From Malacoraja senta (lineage: Eukaryota): 64,000 nt of DNA. The DNA is taken from assembly GCA_038087875.1 (NCBI GenBank), contig CM075993.1:9984001-10048000 (forward strand). Reading direction: 5' to 3'. A program made the position numbers and the translations under genes. Under the pieces are notes generated by a model. The model saw only the letters and a program-made list of their open reading frames with translations. It was not told the origin of the DNA and searched no databases. Position 1 is the stretch's first letter; each line of letters begins with the position of its first letter. This document shows positions 57,774 through 64,000 of the stretch, piece by piece.

Positions 57774-60700
57774 GTAAGAAGATGGAAAGCGAACCGCAGC
57801 AGATGGCTGAGGGGAACTCGTGTGGGAACTCGTGTAGCGGTCTCACATTTAACTAACCAGATCAGTCTGAACACCTCGGCTAGTTATTATATTAAAGCCA
57901 AAATATTTCTTCCCGAAAGTGTTTACTTTTGAAGTTGTGGTTGATTTGAACAGTGTACAATGTTTTTGTAAACAGCATTCTCTAACCCCGCAACAGTTCC
58001 ATCAGTTAGCCGCGTATATCACTGTCTCGTTTGTCCATCGTTCGGTAAAACAGAGACAAAATTAAACTTAAAATGTACCAGGTCTGTTCAAAGTTTGAGG
58101 CGAAGCACTGAAATTGGCTGAATTGAACGGGAGACTTGGTCCGCTCGAAGCAATTTTTAATCAGTTAATTGTGTTTATATTTTCACAACTTGCGCCTCAT
58201 CAAATTCCCCCGGGTTGTGGCAGCTGTTATGCGTTGCATACATCCAGTCAATGCAGTTTGCTAAGTGGGAACGTTTTCTTGGAAGCGATTGCGCTTATTT
58301 CATGCGATACCGAGAGTGGGGATTGGGAACAGGGGAAGAGCAATTTAACTCCGGTAATATTGAAGATAAAACAGACCTAGCTTTGTATGTTGTGTGCAAA
58401 TATAGTCCACATAGATTTAGTGACTAAACATTGCAGTCTGCATTAAGCCGCAGTGTCCCGTTAACGACCGGTTGTAAATTTAACGCCAGTTTCACTCACA
58501 GAGAGTCAACCATGAGGTCATTTTATTTAGGCTAATCCAAGTATAATGGTACGAGAAATAAAAGCATGCTCATTTATTTCGAAAGAGAAATAAAGTATGA
58601 ATGGATCTGGTTAGCGTTAACACAGACGTTATTCCCAGCAAGTGGCACAGAATTGATGGAGTACCTGATAATTCTTCCATGTGTCATCTCAGCAGAACAG
58701 GAGATGCAACGTGTTGTGAAACTATGATATAATATTCTGTATAATGTTGGGGTGAAATAGACTTAAGGGGAACATTTACAACTGTTTAGTTGATTACATT
58801 TTCTGAGGCAGTAGCAAGGGGGGTCAGTGGGAGCAGAGCATTTGATACCTTCTGCTAGGTTTTAGCAAAGCTGGTGATGAGGTCCCGCGGGGCATCTGCT
58901 CAAAACAAAACAAACGCATATGGGATTCATGGAAGAGTGGACAACTGGATGCAATATTGGCCCCGTGCCAGAGAATGAAGGTGATAGATGCATTGGTAAC
59001 TGTTACCATACATATTTCACAGTATTAATTAACTGGATCCACACATACATAAACAAATAGAACTCAGCGAGACGGGCAGCATCTGTGGAGGGAAAGGACA
59101 ATGACCTTTTGGGATGGGAGCCTTCTTCAGACTGAGTCCAAAGTAGGATCCTGACCTGAAATGTCATCTGTCCATTCCCTCTACAGCTGCTGCCTGGCTG
59201 GCTGAATTCTTCCAGTAGTTTGAACTTTTTGCAGCAGAGTTTTGTTCTCAGCATTAGGTGTCAGATAATGTACTTTCCCAGTTATAATGTTGAGAGCTCA
59301 AGTCTTATCCAACAGAGCTGTGCAGAGTTTAAGCTCACACTAGTAGAGATGACGAAGCTCTCATTTGAGTGAAACTTTAAACTAGTCTTGCCCTCTGCAT
59401 TGGAGAAGTCAAGGCATTATCTCCAATACGAGGAGGGAGCTCTGCCTAGTGTCTTTATATTTTTCAGAACCAACACCACTATAAGAGATTGTCCAGTCAT
59501 TATCTCATTCGTGTTCGTAAGATGTTACTTCTGTTTTTCTTATATTGCACTAGTGACTCTATTTCAAAAGTGCTGAATTGGTCGTAAAGCACTCGGGATA
59601 TTTTGACACCTTGAAAAGAACTGAGTATATATGCAAGTCTTTCTTTTGAAGATTTCCTCACCTAAATACCATATCCTTAATTTTAGCAAAGGAATATTAC
59701 ATTTAATAGGACAAATAGATCATTCATCAACAAAGCTTACCATAGGAATTAATTATATTAATCACTAAATTCTCTGGAGAGAAGGAATGGGTGACGTTTC
59801 AGGTCAAGACTCTTCTTCGGACTGAGTCTCCCATTCCAAAGATGCTGCCTGTCCTGCTGAGTCACTACAGCATTTTGTATCTATCTTCGAAGTAAATCAG
59901 CATCTGCAGTTCTTTCCTATGATTTAGCTAGAAGTTGGGAACCCACTGATCACACATACTTTACAACTGTGATGGGAATAGGAAAGCGAAGGTTCATAGC
60001 CATCAAGACTAGATTGGGAGAATACGTGAGAAGTTGATAATTGACCATAGCAAATGTGAGCAAGAGGGGTTAAAAAGTAGTGTCTACAAATTTATTATGA
60101 ATGAAAAAACAAGCCTGGTTACTTTCCAAAAGGAAGACAACACCGGCCCCCGACTGGGAATTGAATGGATTTCAATGTTTTTCAGGGATCAATAACATTA
60201 TTAAAATAGAGGGAATGGGAAAATACCTGGAATGAGTCCTTCTATTGAAATAAGGTCAGGTGCTTATGTAATGTTGGCAAACTTACTTGTGCAATTTTAC
60301 ATGATAATAGAATAGCTACAAAATCATTTAAACCAAACACTGTTAGAGATTGTGGGGATAAATTGAACCAGGAGAGACTAGCAGTGATTGTAGTTGTTCC
60401 AAAAAAAATCTGTTGTGGCGTTACTTCCTCAACATTTTCTTAGATAGGTTTCTGCACAGACTTAATGATAGAGCACATCTAGTTCATGTTACAAGAGGTA
60501 ATGTTCAAATGGACATTAAGATAGCTACATCTATGGAATTCACCTCTAAAATTGGAAAGAAAATTTGTCCTTTACTGAATGTTAGTGTAAAAGTGGTATG
60601 CAGATGAATGGTGAGAAGTGTGTATGAAGGAACTGCAGATGCAGGTTTAAACTGAAGATAGACACAAAAAGCTGGGGTAACTCAGCGGGACAGGCAGCAT

Positions 60701-60967
60701 CTCTGGAGAGAAGAAATGGGTGATGTTTCGGGTCTTGAAACAAAACGTCACCCATTCCTTCTCTCCAGAGATGCTGCCTGTCCCGCTGAGTTACTCCAGC
60801 TTTTTGTGTTGATCAATGGTGAGAAGTCTGATGTCAAGTGAGTGTGAGTGGACCAAAGTCTGGTGGGAAATCTTATTCTTGTTTCAATGGGCATTATTAA
60901 AAACGTATGTGTCACTTCAGTGGGGCAACATTTTTGAATTGTAGAAAGCAAGAATGCATATCCTCTG

Positions 60968-61154
60968 GTACACAAAAATGCTGGAGAAACTCAGCGGGTG
61001 CAGCAGCATCTATGGAGCGAAGGAGATAGGCAACGTTTCTGCCCGAAACGTTGCCTATCTCCTTCGCTCCATAGATGCTGCTGCACCCGCTGAGTTTCTC
61101 CAGCATTTTTGTGTACCTTTGATTTTCCAGCATCTGCAATTCCTTCTTTAACAC
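60968..61154 (+). mobile_element. Fold-back Penelope pLTR mini-insertion (~150-bp palindrome plus ~37-nt tail)
   Basis: Perfect arms centred on TTTCTGCCCGAAA; 15-bp TSD AATGCATATCCTCTG at 60953-60967 and 61155-61169. Confidence 0.9.
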
Positions 61155-61207
61155 AATGCATATCCTCTGCATGGAAGAGCAATTGTATGGTCAATTTGTG
61201 AGCTTGT

Positions 61208-61699
61208 ACGTTTGCACCCTATACTTGTAATAATTCTATAAATGCAGACCACGTCAGGTGGAAGTGATCTGGTTAATTATCTGGTTAGGTACTAAAAAAA
61301 AAACTGAGGTCAGGTAAGGGGGGATGAAAGCTGGAGAGTTGGTATGTCCCATTTGCGTGATGCTTACAAAAAAGTATTTGTTTTTCTCTTTTCCCTCTTT
61401 CACTTTTTTCTTCTTTTTTAGGGTCTATTTCTTAACTCTTTCTTTTTGTTTTTAATTTTTTTCTTATAGGGTCTTTGTTTTTTGTTTTTGTTGTTTGTTG
61501 TCACGTTTTTCACACCTTCACTTTTTCCCTTCACTTTCTTCTTTCTCTCAATCTCATCCTTTCCCTTTATTAGTGTAGAAAATAAACGGAGTACTTTAAT
61601 GGTAATAAGATATATGTGATGAGTACTAGTGTAATTGGTTGTAATGTAATGTACTTCTAATAAATAAAAATTAAAAAAAAATTAAAAAAAATTAAAAAA
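61208..61699 (+). mobile_element. Short L1 insertion with inverted 5' segment
   Basis: 12-bp TSD TTGTGAGCTTGT (61196-61207, 61700-61711); 3' end GTACTTCTAATAAA plus A-rich tail; 61208-61275 is antisense ORF2 C-terminus. Confidence 0.78.
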
Positions 61700-62782
61700 T
61701 TGTGAGCTTGTGGCATTTGAGCAGTGTCTCAATGAAGGGAAACAAATAAAACAGAAAAGCACAGAAAGACATTCACATAACATTAAAGTTGAGACTGTTA
61801 TGTTTTATATACCAGATGTGGTGACAAGAATGTAGCAAAATTAGAGATTAACAATCAAGACATCAATATTACCATAGTCACAGATAATTAAATAATAGAA
61901 AATTTAAAAAAGAACTGTAGATGCTAAACTTCTCAAATTAAAAAAAGCAGTAAAAGGAGGAAACAGCATTCGAGGAATATGAAGATCAGAGTGGGAATAG
62001 GATAGTGAATGAACATGCAGCCAACCAGTCACTCTGGGATGATGCTTGTAGACTGAATGTAGCTGCTTCATAAAATGGCCACCCAGTCCACGTTTGGTTT
62101 CTGCATTGTAGTGGAAACACGGAAGGCATCATTGGTGGGAAACACATAAAGGTTGATAACATTTTTTGGTGAGATTTGCTGAGAGTATTAGCCCCTGTTC
62201 TTTTACCACAAAAATAGAGGAGACATTGGTTGTTACTTAAAGAAAAATCTACAGATCAAGAAGCAATTCCTCCAGATTAGAGGGCGACAAATGTAACTTC
62301 GGTTTAAAAAAAAGATACAAAACTGGGAACTTCGAACAGATAGCCCAACATCTGTGGTAGGGAAAATGTTCACATTACTGTAAGGGATGAGACGGGAAAC
62401 TGAGCACATTTCAACAGGATTAGACAAAATCAACATGGATTTATGAAAGGGATGTCATGTTTGATAAACCTACTGAAAACCTTTGAGAATATAATTGTTA
62501 TATTAGATAAGGGCAAAACAGTGGATGTGGTGTATTGATATTTCCAGAAGACCTTTGGTGAAGTTCCACAAAAGATTGAGGGTCATATACTTGCAGGGGT
62601 TGAACATTAGTCGACAGGTAGGAAAGTGATAGTACGAATAAATGTGACTTAATAAGGGTGGCAAGTTGTGAGTAGTAGGGTACTGCTCAGGATCAGTTAC
62701 TTACAACGTATATCAATGATTTGGGTGAGGAAACCAAATCTTATAGTCTTTAAGTGAGTAGGATTGTGATTTTTTGTGTGTG

Positions 62783-63048
62783 TTTAGTTTAGAGATACAA
62801 TGTAGAAACAGGCCCTTCGGCCCAACATTCTGCGCCGACCAACGATCACCTGTACACTAGTTCTATCCTACACACTAGGGACAATTTACAGAAGCCAATT
62901 TGGAATGTGGGAGGAAACCAGAGCACCCGGAGAAAACCCACACGGTCATAGGGAGAACGTACAAACTCCATACAGACAGCACCCAGTCAGGATCGAAAGA
63001 GGTATCTGGCACTGTAAACAGCAACTCTGCCGCTACGCCACCATGCCA
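62783..63048 (-). mobile_element. tRNA-derived SINE (HE1/V-SINE-like) in CIB2 intron 1
   Basis: Reverse complement of the same head/core/tail as 51509-51817. Confidence 0.8.
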
Positions 63049-63289
63049 CCATGTAAGGAGAATGCAAAGGTGCTTCAATGCAAATTAAGACACAAAATGC
63101 TGGAGTAACTCAGTGGGTCGGGATGCACCCCTCAAGAACATAGATAGGTGACCTTTTGGGTTGGTCCCTACCCGAAACGCCACCTATCCGTGTTCTCCAG
63201 AGATGCTGCTTGACCCACTGAGTTACTCCAGCATTTTGCATCTTGGTAAACTAGAATCTGCAGTTCCTTGCTTCTACATTTTTGATGCC

Positions 63290-63900
63290 ATTTTGACAGG
63301 TTGAGTGAGTGGGCAAATATATGGCACACACATTAACATGTGGATAAATGTGAAGGTATCAACTATGGTAGGAAAACAAACAAAGCAAATGGTGACAGAT
63401 TGGGAAATAGTGACTTTCTGAAAGCAAACATACAGATGCAGCAAACAGTTAGGAAGGCAAATGTTAAGACGGTTTGACTACAGAGAAGTGTTATCTTGCT
63501 ACAATTATGCAGTTTAGTGAGATCACACTGGGAATATTCTGTATGTTTTTTTCTCCTTATATAAGAAAGGATATGCTTTCCATAAGGGAGCAAAGCCAAG
63601 GTTAGCAAGACCAGGCTTGTATTCACTAGAGTTTAAAAGAATGAGTGGGGATGCCATTGATACATACAGGATGCTGACAGACTGAGATAGACTGGATGCC
63701 AGGAACATGTTTCTCCTGGCTGGAGGTGTCTAGAACAGGTAGTCACAGACTCAGGGTGGATCACACATTCATCACTGAGGTGAGGATAGTGGTGAATCTG
63801 TGGAAGAAGAGACAGATCAGGCCAAGCCACTGAATGTAAAGCAGGAGATAAATTGATCTCTGGATATTAAAGGCTTTAAGGCATAAGGGGAAGATGGGTA
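63290..63900 (+). mobile_element. Degenerate CR1-clade LINE fragment in CIB2 intron 1
   Basis: Colinear, decayed match to the CR1 at 9520-10280; its upstream part at about 62420-62750 is separated by SINE and PLE insertions. Confidence 0.7.
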
Positions 63901-64000
63901 TGGGTAGGAAGGAACTGCAGATGCTGGTTTAAACCGGATAGACACAACATGCTGGAGTAACTCAGCGGGACAGGCAGCATCTCTGGAGAAAAGTAATGGG

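Noticed and set aside
57774..64000. CIB2 exon 2 (expected DCTFF-type peptide)
   Set aside because: No matching exon spotted by eye; probably beyond the window.

Overview
Vertebrate genomic DNA, very probably a skate or ray (inferred from the repeats: HE1/V-SINE-like SINEs, HER1/CR1-like LINEs, dense Penelope tails). Three protein-coding genes can be spliced by hand. (1) IDH3A on the minus strand: coding exons 1-6 at 23999->3807; later exons lie off the left edge, and exon 1 carries an apparent +1 homopolymer frameshift. (2) A complete 9-exon LRRC61 on the minus strand (48725->36564, 251 aa). (3) The first coding exon of CIB2 on the plus strand (57723-57773). The rest is mostly transposon-derived: an IR/DR Tc1 with a nested Harbinger-type MITE, a hAT MITE, CR1/L1/Rex1 LINE fragments, a Helitron-like cluster and Penelope-like elements (PLEs). 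The most interesting signals are four. A palindromic AT-TSD element whose two arms each carry a decayed THAP exon sits just upstream of both CpG-rich promoters. Many PLE-derived mini-elements carry a hammerhead-ribozyme core and often insert as fold-back hairpins with TSDs. The IDH3A promoter is built from a tandemly amplified GC-box/CCAAT module. An intron-rich LRRC61 lies between IDH3A and CIB2. All family assignments are from pattern recognition only; no database searches were run.
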